From assembly GCF_020745735.1 (NCBI RefSeq), contig NC_083409.1, positions 18,248,341-18,312,340 on the forward strand: a DNA stretch of 64,000 nucleotides. Reading direction: 5' to 3'. Position 1 is the stretch's first letter, and the number at the start of each line of letters is the position of its first letter. The notes beneath the pieces are model-generated. The model did not search any database. It worked only from the letters and a program-made list of their open reading frames with translations, and had not been told where the DNA came from. Source of the DNA: Hemiscyllium ocellatum. Taxonomy: Eukaryota. This document shows, in pieces, positions 35,201-46,085 of the stretch. The translations under genes and the position numbers were made by a program.

Positions 35201-37366
35201 ATTACACATACACAGACAGAAAAACAGGGACAAAGTGCACTGGGTGTTTTGCATCAAGAGAAAGACTGGGAACGTACTTCCATGGGACCTATTGATGGCT
35301 TTTCCTGAGATAATCCTTGTGCTGATCAGAATGATGTTCCTTGATCTTCCTTCTCCAGATGCTTCCATTGGTTTTCAGGAGGCACAGGGTGACTAGTTCA
35401 CACGTGTACAAGTCTGTAACTTATCAATTAATAGCCACAGCTTACAGCAAGTGCTGAAGGGAAAAGAAGCTGGTTTTCTTCAGGCTTTTTACTGCAGAGA
35501 CAGATCCTTAACTTGTGGAGATCTGGTGATTTCTCAATTCACTTGTATACAGCCTCGGCTGAACAGTTACCTGGGAGACAATCTCCGTTTTTGTCCGAAG
35601 GATATTTGTCTGTGACCTAGTGACTAGGTAGCTACTTACTATTGACTGAAGCTCCCGTTGAACACAGCCTTTGGCTCGAGCTTGTTTGAAAGTGACTAGC
35701 ACTTAGTGTGTGTCAGGGAACTTGCTAATGAAAAGTGCCAGCAATCCCTGAACAATCCTTGGGGTTTAAAATTGCTTTATCCCCATTTGAGTCCAAAATC
35801 AAAAGTATAGAAAAATTAGAAGACAGTTTTTGCAGACCTTTCCAGTCCTCCCCATGTGTTGGTGTGTCACAGCACAACATGTGTCAGCAGATTGATGAGT
35901 TTAACAGGTCTGTAAGAACACCGTTATCTTCAGGCCACACCACCACCTTGACTTGGTCAGATATCACCTTTCCTTTTATATTTACATGGTTAATCTCCTG
36001 GAATCTCTGAGCTTGCAGTGCTGTGGGAGTACCTTCAACACGCAGGCTGTAGCACTTCAAGACATCTTTCCAAAGAAAAATGGGGGGCAGCATGCATCCC
36101 AACACTGAAGTTTTAAAAAATTGGGTGCTTGGTATGCCAAAAAATTCAAATAATTGCTTTTTTTCCTTCTTTGGATCAAACATTTCCAGCTGATAGTGTG
36201 CGTCCATTAGGCAAGGGTTGGGAGTCTCTGCTCTGCACCAGCTCAAGTAGTGATACCGTCAGGCCACAGCTACACCAGGGCAGAGGGCCAGCCTAAAGTT
36301 AAAACGTGTAATTCAGTTACACTCACCAGCTCTTTCCTTGTGGTGTGTATTCCTTTCTGGTTGTGCATACTGAGTAAAACATCTTCACTCGTTCATTATA
36401 TTACTGGCAATATTGGTGATTGATCTCACTGGTTTGAGGAGTTGTGGCATTGGAATCAAATTCAAAACCAGGTAGGAACAGGATTAAGCCAACAGCACCC
36501 TTCAGTCTGTTCTCGTACTCCTCATCATAGCTGATTTGTATCTTAACTCTGTATATTGATTTCCTAATTGTTCTGAACTGTCACTTGACCTTACAAATAT
36601 CTCTCAACACTCGTATTGAAATGCTGTAACAGTCACAATAGTTTTTAAGGCTGGAAGGAACCAGATTATTTTAGTATTGATGGTGTGACTAAAGGCTTCT
36701 TCACATCACCCCCTAATCAACCTAAGTCTTATTTTCCTGCATGCCCTATTTCTGGCATGCCTCGTTAAAGGAACTAGTTTCTCACTTCCTTCGCTGTCAA
36801 ATCGTTTAATCATCTCAGTCACTTCTATAGATCCATCCCCTAGTCATCTTTACTCAAGGCAATGCAGGCCTCGTTTATTAAATAAAAGTAAAAAATGCTG
36901 GAAATATTCAGGTCAGACCTAATTTATGTAGCCAGTCCTTAACCTTCTCAGCCTTGGTATTGTTTTGTCCAAGAATAATTAGTGACTCTCCATTGATCTC
37001 GTAGCGAGCCCTCCAGAACTCCTGTCCAAGCTCCACTTGCTGTGTGGGAATGGCCACTTGTGTGATACTGGGCACAAGGAAAGTGGGAGGCCTGCAGTCT
37101 GAGTGATTTCAGGGCAAACGCTGCTCAGTACGAGAGGAAAGAGCTGTAACAAATAAATCTTGATATAAAAACAATAACACCCCCTCTGTTTTTTCTGGCA
37201 GGTTCAAGAGCTTTATGAGGAGGAAGCCCAATGGGTGAATTATGATGAGGATGAGCTTTGTGTGAAGATGCAGTTGGCAGATTATATTTTTGAAGCTCTG
37301 ATAAAAGACACAGTCAATGTACTGAATCAGATTCAGGGGAAACAGTTAAAACTCATGTTATCCTAA
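8094..37366 (+). CDS. CEP350: CEP350-family gene (CEP350-like, possibly paralogue CCDC187), 3' part, 13 coding exons, no CAP-Gly exons
   Basis: Exons 8094-8216, 10762-10913, 11382-11566, 13485-13672, 17273-17360, 18417-18563, 19407-19594, 25167-25363, 26216(or 26222)-26418, 28196-28435, 30199-30345, 34132-34254, 37202-37366. All are AG/GT bounded with matching phases and no internal stop. Peptides are collinear with the human CEP350 C-terminal half as recalled. Confidence 0.85.
8286..8815. mobile_element. Old Penelope-derived palindromic remnant split by a SINE
   Basis: tactgaaaacaacaaatcctggag (8286) is inverted by ctccagcatttgttgttttcagta near 8770-8790; an 80-bp palindrome lies at 8655-8734. 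Confidence 0.6.
8317..8645 (+). mobile_element. tRNA-head SINE with L2-type tail (DeuSINE/SacSINE1-like; name unverified)
   Basis: A-box-like tggcccagtgg and B-box ggttcgaatt; tail ttagggatgagcaataaatgctgcc; inverse copy at 63780-64000. Confidence 0.6.
8987..9217 (-). mobile_element. CR1 3'-end fragment
   Basis: Reverse complement of the CR1 tail (ggaccgaagggtccatttcc...). Confidence 0.7.
9430..10030 (-). mobile_element. Old L2-like LINE 3' fragment
   Basis: Reverse complement of the tail ...aataaatg...ccagtgacatccacattcc; related to 13900-14560, 30700-31275 and 52500-52875. Confidence 0.55.
10762..10913 (+). CDS. CEP350: CEP350-like exon (SGSSKQDSPSVP...VQTAADNSIHSDSLPSLP)
   Basis: ttctatggcag|C AGT ... 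CCT G|gtgaga, phase 2/1; resembles SGSSRQESPSVP...VQTAADDSLRSDSVPSLP. Confidence 0.8.
11382..11566 (+). CDS. CEP350: CEP350-like exon (DSASVATEFDESMTEDEIEEQ...IAVK)
   Basis: tgtctctccag|AC ... AAA|gtgagt, phase 1/0; FDESMTEDEIEEQ motif. Confidence 0.88.
12050..13085 (+). mobile_element. Old degenerate CR1 fragment (host of the hairpin insertion)
   Basis: Decayed RT C-terminal motifs (EVMLQQ, VQCRLTEVILG) and a tail ending aatagcctcctcctgtt. Confidence 0.55.
12485..12673. mobile_element. 189-bp non-coding Penelope-derived hairpin element with 13-bp TSD
   Basis: 62-bp inverted arms 12487-12548 and 12576-12637 (2 mismatches); TSD CTTCAGCAATTCA at 12472-12484 and 12674-12686; 3' part resembles 57905-58000. 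Confidence 0.85.
13485..13672 (+). CDS. CEP350: CEP350-like exon (HDFSMSFSGGQDSFYKFTMEMVRQY...AELAWLEHQK)
   Basis: ctgtccag|CAT ... AA|gtgagt, phase 0/2; strong match to a conserved CEP350 block. Confidence 0.93.
13900..14560 (-). mobile_element. Old L2-like LINE fragment(s)
   Basis: Same motif set as 9430-10030 and 30700-31275. Confidence 0.5.
15200..17243 (+). mobile_element. 5'-truncated degenerate CR1 LINE (RT region and 3' tail)
   Basis: KSPGPDGINPR, TQGSILGALLFVIF, LYKTLVWPYLEY, ERVQRRFTRMLPG; tail gttctatgttc. Confidence 0.9.
16224..16338 (+). mobile_element. Short CR1 3'-end insertion nested in the older CR1
   Basis: Ends gggccgaagggcctgtactgtatgttctatgttcta; flanked by TGATGG at 16218-16223 and 16339-16344. 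Confidence 0.7.
17273..17360 (+). CDS. CEP350: CEP350-like exon (CLRDNGEDDKMPSIRRRQRGLLLRLQQEQ)
   Basis: cctctaaccag|A ... CAG|gtatga, phase 2/0. Confidence 0.92.
18417..18563 (+). CDS. CEP350: CEP350-like exon (AEIRHLQKANKAAHRERQLILKQQEE...ESKL)
   Basis: ttcaccacag|GCT ... TTG|gttagt, phase 0/0. Confidence 0.92.
19407..19594 (+). CDS. CEP350: CEP350-like exon (VPTRQEQ...SETSNIMQKQKMRSHVDEK)
   Basis: tattctcag|GTT ... AA|gtaata, phase 0/2. Confidence 0.85.
20142..20475 (+). mobile_element. HE1-type tRNA-derived SINE, degenerate
   Basis: ggggcagcaccatggctcaatgg...ccgggttcgattc...gtgtggagtttgcacattctccc; CR1-like tail. Confidence 0.85.
21010..21600 (+). mobile_element. Degenerate CR1 RT C-terminal fragment
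   Basis: aaatgtgaggtactgcattttggtaagg and aggacattggtgaggccacttttgg motifs. Confidence 0.75.
22865..23830 (-). mobile_element. Degenerate CR1 fragments
   Basis: Minus-strand ORF EWQPVTSEVLQGS...KFVGDTKLGG. Confidence 0.75.
25167..25363 (+). CDS. CEP350: CEP350-like exon (FLTKREQKLMHRRRRAEELLEWKRRLDAEE...)
   Basis: gtccatcag|G ... ACG|gtaatg, phase 2/1. Confidence 0.93.
26216..26418 (+). CDS. CEP350: CEP350-like exon (GSEEECPVPP...SPDHPIFTDGVYSQDF...)
   Basis: Acceptor at 26216 (gag) or 26222 (cag), both phase 1; donor ATG|gtaaaa, phase 0; resembles SEEESPVP...SPDHSIL. Confidence 0.72.
26553..26780 (+). repeat. Degenerate purine-rich tandem repeat (GAATGGGAATTCTGAG-like)
   Basis: Several imperfect units read directly from the sequence. 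Confidence 0.75.
28196..28435 (+). CDS. CEP350: CEP350-like exon (GSPVQ...LVHGAAEELYKWQELGHDL...SRRAYCE)
   Basis: ctttgcaacag|GGC ... GAG|gtgaga, phase 0/0; resembles LVHNAAEELWKWKELGHDL. Confidence 0.9.
30199..30345 (+). CDS. CEP350: CEP350-like exon (LIFNVTREIF...PWMKPSR...NLNEVK)
   Basis: ctacttccag|CTT ... AAG|gtaata, phase 0/0. Confidence 0.92.
30545..31275. mobile_element. Tail-to-tail L2-like 3' fragments (+ 30545-30620; - 30700-31275)
   Basis: aataagtgctggccagccagtgacatccacatttcatgaatgaaaaaaaaa on +, followed by the inverse tail. Confidence 0.5.
31395..32400 (-). mobile_element. CR1 RT C-terminal half and 3' end
   Basis: 200-aa minus ORF: VTSGVPQGSVLGSLLFVIYINDLD...KFADNTKI...LIRPLLEYSVQFW. 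Confidence 0.9.
34132..34254 (+). CDS. CEP350: CEP350-like exon (IFISNEVLKLF...KFGTKQRDRVDHIL)
   Basis: tacccacag|ATC ... TTG|gtaagt, phase 0/0. Confidence 0.93.
34579..34710. mobile_element. Penelope-derived inverted-repeat remnant
   Basis: About 55-bp arms (34579-34633 and 34656-34710) around a 22-nt loop; arm motif ctcagcaggtctggcagcatctg is related to the PLE terminal repeat. Confidence 0.65.
34727..35042 (-). mobile_element. HE1-type SINE, young
   Basis: Reverse complement starts gggcggcacagtggcacagtggttagcactgctgcctcacag and ends with an (aatct)n tail; nearly identical to 50393-50703. Confidence 0.92.
37202..37366 (+). CDS. CEP350: CEP350-like terminal exon
   Basis: tttttctggcag|GTT...TAA; matches the CEP350 C-terminus EEEAQWVNYDEDELCVKMQLAD. 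Confidence 0.95.
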   Translation, partial: VQELYEEEAQWVNYDEDELCVKMQLADYIFEALIKDTVNVLNQIQGKQLKLMLS

Positions 37367-38028
37367 CATGGGCCATGCCATCGGCCAACTTGTGGACTCC
37401 AGAAAAAAACCAAACCTCATGCCCCGAGCGGAAGAGAATCCACCTCGGCCTCTAAACCCCTCTCTCTGATTACGTTTTGACATCTGGCATAGAATTTCCT
37501 CAATAAGTAGTTGGTTTGGGATATCAATCCTTCCTGGAGTCAGCCGACTGGCAGGATGTGGATACCAGAAGTGCCAATCTTTTTCCCGACCTATTTATAG
37601 ATAACCTAATCCCATTTATTTATCCAAACAATAGCATAGACTTGAATTCAAAGACTTTTGCACATTCAATTTTGTTTTTGTATTTACACCAACATTTACC
37701 TTTTTAAAAAGTATATCTAGTGGTGTGATGATATGTGTTTGGTGTATGTTAGCTCTGAGACTCTGAACAATGGCTGATACCAGACACTGAATACTCCCTC
37801 TGAGTGAGGAGGACTATATCTGCATGACTGAAGTGGAAGGCAGAAGTATTGAGGATTTTAAATACTTGCACTTACTTCATTATGATAAGTCTTGATTTTA
37901 TTTTTTGATTTTAAATTATTTCAGAAAGGACAATTGATTTTTATTCATTTAAAGGGACTGTATTTTTGATATTCATTTTCAGGAAAAAGTTACAAACTTT
38001 GAGCAGATTTTGAGATCACTTGCACTGA

Positions 38029-38222
38029 TTCAGAACTTCAGAACTCTCTCTCTCTCCGTCTCTCTCTCTCTGTCTCTCCATCTCTCTCCTTCAGAACTTT
38101 CTCTGTCTCTCTCTCTCTCTCTCTTTCAGAACTCTCTCTCTCCTTCAGAACTCTCTTTCTCCTTCAGAACTCTCTTGCTCTCTCTCTCTCTCCCTCTCTC
38201 TTGCTCTCGCTCTCTTTCTCCA
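38029..38222 (+). repeat. Compound (TC)n microsatellite punctuated by TTCAGAAC
   Basis: Read directly from the sequence. Confidence 0.9.
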
Positions 38223-38316
38223 TACGACAGGAACATCTTTTTCTCCCTCCTTTTTTGCCACTCCTGATCATTTCTGTTGCATGGTGCTTCTGTCTGTTAA
38301 TTTTCCCTAATGTTCC

Positions 38317-41300
38317 TTTTTTTAGTGAATATTTATTGAAAAAATATTATATTATAATACAGTAATGTTGTCAATAAACTAACAACTGTTGTTCAAGAGT
38401 TGTCTCATATTTGCTGAACTTAAATCAAATCAGCACAAACTCAAATTAAATAAAATAACATGAAATTTAATTATAATCCACTAAAATTAAATTGCACGAC
38501 ATTGTACTATATTACATGACTCCACTCGCCGCACCCTCCATCAAGGCTCCCGTCCACAGGAGCAACAGTGATTATACCTGTATTTACTAAAACTCCCCTC
38601 CCTCCCACCCACCAAAACCCCTGGGTCCCCGGACTACCACATACAGCCCTCGTGCCTATATAAAGGCCCTAATCAGTACTGCTGACAGTTTCATCTTGAT
38701 GTAATTTAGAAAGGGCCGCCATGCCTTATAAAATTGCTCTGTTCCGTGGTTCCCCATACTGTCAGGTAATCTTGTGGGACGTGCTCCATCACAAGTCTGT
38801 GCCACCCTGCAAGACCTGCAGGCTTTGCTGATATTCAATTCATTAGGATGTCCTTCCTCACACAATGTGTAAGAATGTTGAATAACCTCTTCCCGTACTC
38901 ACCCAAAGAGGGAAGTTTCAGTCGTCCCAAAAGGGGGGACACCAGATCCTCCCAAACTTCCATTCCCAGGATTGTCTCCAGCTCATTCACTATGGCCCCC
39001 CAGGATCCCGGATCTTGTAACAGGACCAAAAGCAATGTGGAATCCCTAACCTGGAAATATCGGAAATGGTCCCAATCAGTGATTCCCTATTTCTGACCTA
39101 AATGGCTAAAAGACATCACGACATCTCCCTCAAATAAATCTCCCAGACAGGGGATTACTTTACGTTCCCATGCTCTGAAGCCGGAGTCCTTTGATCCCAG
39201 TCTAAATCCTGGGGGTCCCACTAACGGGTTGAACGGCAAATTGCCCCCACCCTGCCACATTATTCTCCATGCTTTACTGTATTTATGATAATCAGACTTC
39301 CACAATGCACACCTACCGATCTCATCTTATCCATGAACAGTAAGTTTCTGAAGGGATACCTCGCCTGCGAGGCCTCTACATCAAGCCACATCGTCTTTGA
39401 GTCATTACGCACCCATTCACCTACATATAGCAACAGGGTGCCAATTTGACATCTCTTCTGATCTGGGAGGTCCACCACCCCCTCTTATCCTGCGGAAGTT
39501 GCAACTTGGTAAATTTAATTAAGTTGTGCTGACAGTGCCAAATAAATGATCCAAGCCATTCCGCAAACCTCCGCAGCACCTGGTTGGGTAATAACAAAGG
39601 GAGAATCCTCACAGGATACAACAACCAAGGAACAACATTCACTTTAATCAAGGCTACACGGCTGAGCCATGATCTGGGTATTCCCTCCCATCGCTGCAAG
39701 TCCTGCTTTACCCTCTCAAACAGCGACACAAGGTTAGCTCCATACAGTTGTGGGAAGTGAGGGGTAATAAAAATTCCCAGATAGGGAAAACCTTTCTGTG
39801 ACCATCTAAAAGGAAACTCCATTCCGTCCTCCAGTTTCAGTACCTGCACCAATCCCCCCACAGGCAGGACTTCCGATTTTGGAAAATTTATTCTGTATCG
39901 CAAAAAGCTGTCGAATAATTTAATGCTTTGTATTAGCTGGGGTAAGGGCTTTTCGGGGTTAGCTACAAACAGAAGGACATTGTCCACATTGAGAGTGATT
40001 TTTGTTTCCCCAACTCCTACCTTCGGTGCCGTTATTTCAGGGTCTTTTCAGACAGTCCCTGCCAGTGGTTCAAGTATCAAGGTAAACAGTAGCAGTAACA
40101 GGGGACATCCCTGTCGGCTGCCCCTCCCCACACCAAAGTTCCTCAATTTAACCCCATTCGTGATAACCGCCACTTTGGGGTCTTTATATAACACCGCCAC
40201 CCACCTGGCGAAGGCCCCGCCCACACCAAAACGATCGAGAACAGCAAAGAGATACGAGCGTTTTTTCCCACCCAATTAAAAGCCTTTTCTGCCTCCAGGG
40301 AGACCAGCAAACCCGGAATCATTCTCTGCTGACATAGTTGAACTATGTGCAATACCCGCCTGATATTGTTGGAGGAGCTGCGGCCTGTGATAAAACCCAT
40401 CTGCTCCTCTTTTATAAAAACAGGCAGCACCTTCTCCAGTCTCAGAACTGACACCTTTGATAGAATTTTGAAATCCACATTCAACAACGAGGTGGGTCTA
40501 TACAATGCACAATCCTCAGGGTCTTTCCCTTTGTTTCAAGTAAGGGAGATATTAGCCTCTGTAAGAGAAGGTGGAAGACAGCCCTGGCCATAGGAATGAC
40601 TATACAGCTCCAGCAGTGGTTCAGCTACATGCGTATGAACTCCTTGTAAAATCCACATGGGAATCTGTCTGGACCAGGTACTGTACCACCTTGGAGCTGC
40701 CTTAACGCCTCTTGCACCTCCTGTACTGTCAGAGGGAGGCCTGATCTGCATTTATACCAGGGAAGGACAAGTTTTCAAAAAAAGGATTCCATTCTCACTT
40801 CTCCATCCCCACAGCCCTCTGACCGGTGTAACCCGGCATAGAACGCCCGGAATCTGGCATCGATTTTCTTCAGTTCACGAGTGACATTGCCAGTTCTCTC
40901 CCTGATAAACACAATGGACTGCGGAGCACTTTCCTTCCTAGCCAGGTAAACCAGGGATCTACCTCACTTATCCCCATATTCAAACAGCCTTTGCTTTGCA
41001 AAGGACACCCCTCTCTTTTCCACTTGTGTGAGCGCTGAGTCCAGAGCAGCCCGGAGAGCCATGACCCGTTGTAATCTGATCCCAGGTGGTCTGGGGTAAT
41101 ATGCCGATTTGGCTGCCTTCAGCCGGGCCTCAAGTATCAGCTGCTGCTGTCCTCTCTGCCTCCTTCTCATTGTCAAGTGTGAAATAATCAAACCCCTTAA
41201 GAATGCTTTGGTGGTCACCCAGAGCACTGATGGGTTACTGGCCATAGCCCAATTGATGTCCCAAAATACCTTGAACTCCCTTGTGATACGCTGTACAGAG

Positions 41301-44300
41301 TTGACATCCTTCAACAGAAACGGATTTGTGCGACATTGTTGTGTGTCTACTCCACTACCTTTGGTCTTAACACCTAAATATACTGCCAGATGGTTCGAAA
41401 TAGTTACGTCCCCAATCCTGCAGGCTAACACCAAGTCCAAACAAGCCGATGGAACAAAGAACATTTCAATTCTTGTGTGGCACTTGGGCAGGTTGGAGTA
41501 AAAGGTAAAGTCCCTCCCATTTGGGTGGGGGCACCTCCACACATCCACCAATCTCAACTCCTCACACAAGTCCACTAACTGCCTAGTCTGCAGAGGTGTA
41601 CCCGACAGCCCCCTTTGCATCCTGTCCACCCCAGGGTCCATGAGACATAGGTCTCCTCCTATAAACATACAGCGCACCCCAAGAGCCATTAACTTAAAGA
41701 CTGCATTAATTAAAAATTTGAGAGGATGTGCCGCGGGACAGTAAACGTTCAGGATGCCATACTCTTCTCTTTGTACCACAGCCTTGAGAATAATGAACCA
41801 TCCATGCTCATCCTTGGTTTGATCGATCACCTGAAATGGGAGGTTCCTTCGTACCAATATGGCCACTCCTCTGCATTTGGAGTTGAAAGAGGAGAAGAAT
41901 ACCCTATCATATCCCCCCCCCCTGTTGTAACTTCAGATGTTCCCTGTCAGTCAAAAGCATATCTTGCAGTGGAGCAATGTCAACCCTTCCCTTTTTAAGA
42001 TTTGTGAGCACCTTTTTCCTTTTAATGGGGGAATGACTCCCCGTTATATTCCAGGTGCACCACCTGAACAGATCACTAGCCATGACCTCACACTGCAGCC
42101 CGCAGTCACCCCCGAGAGGAAGGAGCCCATTCAATATGCAACGAGTGGGAAAGAAACAACACAGACTTTATCAAATCTTAAGCCAATTTCGACAAACACC
42201 ACCAAAACAACTTAAGACTAAAATTGGGGCCTTGAAGACAGATATAGGGGAATATATTACGGAGAACAAAGAAATGGCAGAAGAATTGAATTGGTACTAC
42301 AGATCAGTGTTCACTGGGGAAGACACAAACAATCTCCCTGAGGTAACAGTGGCTGAAGGACCTGAACTTAAGGGAATTTACATTTGCCAGGAATTGGTGT
42401 TGGAGAGACTGTTAGGTCTGAAGGTTGATAAGTCCCCGGGGTCTGATGGTCTACATCCCAGGGTACTGAAGGAAGTGGCTCGAGAAATTGTGGAAGCGTT
42501 GGTGATTATTTTCCAGTTTTCGATAGATTCAGGATCAGTTCCTGCGGATTGGAGGGTGGCTAATGTTGTACCACTTTTTAAGAAAGGTGGGAGAGAGAAA
42601 GCAGGAGATTATTGACAAGTTAGTCTGACCTCAGTGGTGGGAAAGATGCTGGAGTCTATTGCACAGGATGAAATTACGAAACATCTGGATAGTAATAACA
42701 GGATAGGTCATAGTCAGCATGGATTTATGAAGGGGAAATCATGCTTGACTAATCTTCTGGAATTTTTTGAGGATGTAACTCTGAAGATGGACGAGGGAGA
42801 TGCAGTAGATATAGTGTACCTGGACTTTCAGAAAGCTTTTGATAAAGTCCCACATTGGAGGTTAGTGAGCAAAATTAGGGTGCATGGAATTCAGGGCAAA
42901 GTACTAACTTGGATTGAAAGTTGATTGGACGACAGGATACAAAGAGTAGTGATAGACGGCTCCATTTTGGAATGGCAGGAAGTGACCAGTGGGGTACCAC
43001 AGGGATCAGTGCTGGGACTGCAGGTTTTCACAATTTATATCAATGATATAGAAGATGGTATCAGTCATAACATTAACAAATTTGCTGATGATGCTTACCT
43101 GTGTGGCACAGTGAAATGTGAGGAGTATGTTAGGAGATTACAGGGTGACCTGGACAGGTTAGGTGAGTGATCAGATGCATGGCAGATGCAGTTCAATGTG
43201 GATAAATGTATGGTCATCCACTTTGGTGGCAAGAACAGGAAGGCAGATTACTGCCTACATGGAATCAATTTAGGTAAAGGGGCAGTACAAAGAGATCTGG
43301 GTGTTCTTGTACACCAGTCAATGAAGGTAAGCATGCAGGTACAGCAGGCAGTGAAGAAGGCTAATAGCATGCTGGCCTTCATAAGAAGAGGGATTGAGTA
43401 TAGAAGCAAAGAGGTTCTTCTGCAGCTGTACAGGGCCCTGGTGAGAACACACCTGGAGTATTTTGTGCAGTTCTGGTCTGCAAACTTGAGGAAAGACATT
43501 CTGGCTATTGAGGGAGTGCAGCGTAGGTTCACGAGGTTAATTCCTGGAATGGCAGGACTACCTTACGCTGAAAGACTGGAGCGACTGGGCTTGTATACCC
43601 TTGAGTTTAGAAGGCTGAGAGGGGATCTGATTGAGACATATAAGATTATGAAAGGATTGGATACTCTGAAGGCAGGAAACATGTTTCCGCTGATGGGTGA
43701 GTGCCAAACCAGAGGACACAGCTTAAAATTACGGGGTAGACCATTTAGGACAGAGATGAGGAGAAACTTCTTCACCCAGAGAGTGGTGGCTGTGTGGAAT
43801 GCTCTGCCCCAGAGGGCAGTGGAGTCCCAGTCTCTGGATTCATTGAAGAAAGAGTTGGATAGAGCTCTCAAGGATAGTGGAATCAAGGGTTATGGAGATA
43901 AGGCAGGAACAGGATACTGATTAAGGATGATCAGCCATGGTCATATTGAATGGTGGTGCAGGCTCGAAGGGCAGAATGGCCTACTCCTGCACCTATTGTC
44001 TATTGTCTAAAAATCTAACCACTACTCCTAATGTCAACAAATAAACACAAAAAACACAAATTTCCAGAGATCCACCCCTTGCCCATTGGGGCCATTCACT
44101 CCCAACCTCACAACCATCCCAGCACCTTCCAGTTAAGGCCGCGCCCCAAACCCAAACAAAGGGAAAAATAACATATTATTTCCACCCCGACAAGTTAACA
44201 ACGGACACCCATCCCTCCCCCTTCTCATCTCATCCCCACACATCTTTACATCAAAGGATTAACCACCCTCACCCAGCAAATCAGAACAATAGAATAATTA

Positions 44301-45215
44301 AAAACCACCAAACAGATAGAATATAAAACATACCAGATCTCCCACTAAAGCAATACCAAGCCTACAAAGTGTGAGATCCAAAAGGGAAAAGATCAAAGAG
44401 AGAAGATTTTTAAAAACTACATTATGCCATTGTCCACACGCCTCTTTTCCTTCTTCCTTCTCGGTCAAAGTCTATCATTTCAGCGAATTCAAGAGTTCTT
44501 TTACTTTTTCCGTCAAGTCGAAGTTGTAGACAGCTCCCCCATAACTGAGACGTCACACCGCCGGGTACCTCAGAGAGTATTCAATGTTGAATTTTGTTTT
44601 CTTGACATCATCAAAGATCTTTCTTTTCTTAATTATGGCCCCAGAAAAGTCATGAAAAACATTATTTTCAAACCTTCATAAGCCAAAGCCTGTGGATCCC
44701 TTCCCAGTCTTCTGGCTGTTTCTATCATTAAATGCTTTTCCTTGTGATGCTGGAGTCGTGCTGGGCCGGCCCAGACCTACACATCACGATGCGGTGGACC
44801 CACTCCACACTCACCCGGCCCGACTTGATCTCCAGGCCCAGCTACTCCAGAGGCCACCGCTTGAGGAAATCAGCAAGGTTTTCACCTTCTACATGCTCAG
44901 GTAAGCCCAAGATCTGTTGATTTTTCTCTGACCTTGATTTTCGAGGTCGTCTACTTGTTCCTTCAAGGCCCGCCCCTTGGAGCTCTCCATTGTGGCCTCC
45001 AAGGCTTCGTTAGTAAATTCTGTTGCTGCACTGAACTGAAGGGCGCTGCCACAGGGTTTGAGGTAACGGCTGCGGGCGTGCCCGACATAGTAGGGGAGTG
45101 CCCGGCTTGTCAGGGGAGACTAACAATGGGGGGAGGGGTAGGAACCCACCTTGCCTGGGGTATGGCACAGAGCCCAACACACCAGACTGTTCAGACTGCT
45201 GCCATCTTGAATCTC
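38317..45215 (-). mobile_element. Near full-length degenerate L1-clade LINE (5' end, ORF1, ORF2, polyA), interrupted by CR1
   Basis: 5' aagatggcagc near 45210. ORF1 about 45150-44450 (QVDDLENQGQRK..LGLPEHVEG; FFHDFSGAIIKKRKIF; YSLRYPAV). ORF2 APE (WNITG; 300-aa ORF 40964-41866) and RT (YRPTSLLNVD, RQGCP). AATAAA plus A7 at the 3' end. Confidence 0.88.
42214..44009 (+). mobile_element. 5'-truncated CR1 (HER1-like) LINE, relatively young, inserted inside the L1
   Basis: RT peptides with few lesions; intact 244-aa C-terminal ORF 43186-43920; tail cctattgtctattgtcta. Confidence 0.93.
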
Positions 45216-45800
45216 CTACACCCACTCTCTACTGATCACATCCTCAAAAACTTCCAGAAGATGTGCCAGGCCTCATTTCCCTTTAGTAAATCTGTGATGA
45301 CTTTGACCGATTCTGTCACTGCTTTCCAAATGCTCAGTTATTATATCTTTAATAACTGACTCCAGCGTTTTCCTCATGTCTAATTCCTCATTTGCACTCT
45401 CCCTCCTTTTATTAAAAAGTGGAGTTGCATTGGATACTATCCAGTCCATTGGAACTCTGTCAAAGTCAACAGAATGTTGGTCACTTTCCACTAATGGGTC
45501 CACTATTTTGACACTTACTTTCTGAAGTACTCTGGGATGTAGAGCACCAGGCCCTGGGGACACATTAAGTTTTGATACCATCAGTCTCCCCAAGACCATT
45601 TCCTGACTAAAAAGGATTACCTTCAGTTCCTCCTTCACACGTGACTCTCTGTCCCCCTGCGTTTCCTTTCAACAGGATGTATATCCTTGGAAATTTAGTT
45701 CCCAGCCCTGATCCCCTTGCAGCCATGTCCCTGCACTGCAGGCTCATTTACCTTGTTTCATATACTCGATGCATCTAAGTACTGCACTCTCAGTCATGCA
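45216..45800 (-). mobile_element. Degenerate CR1 fragment
   Basis: SPGPGALHPRVL...RIGQSHHRFTKGK. Confidence 0.8.
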
Positions 45801-45834
45801 TTACCTGCTTCCTTCTCATAGTTATCTCCTTTAG

Positions 45835-46085
45835 AAATCATAGAATACCGACAGTGTGGAAGCAGACCATTCAGCCCAGACTGACCCTCCAAGACGTATC
45901 CCACCCACCCTACCATTCCCATGGATAATCCTCCTATCCTACACATCTTTGTGTCAATGGGAGGAAACCCAAGTGGACACGGGGAGAATGTATAAACTCC
46001 ACACAGACAGTCAGTTGGAATTGAGTCTGTGTCTGCGGAGCTGTGAGACAGCAGTGCTAACCACTGATCCACCATTCCACCCTGC
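45835..46085 (-). mobile_element. HE1-type SINE, degenerate
   Basis: Reverse complement contains ggatcagtggttagcactgctgtctcacag and gtgtggagtttatacattctccccgtg. Confidence 0.8.
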
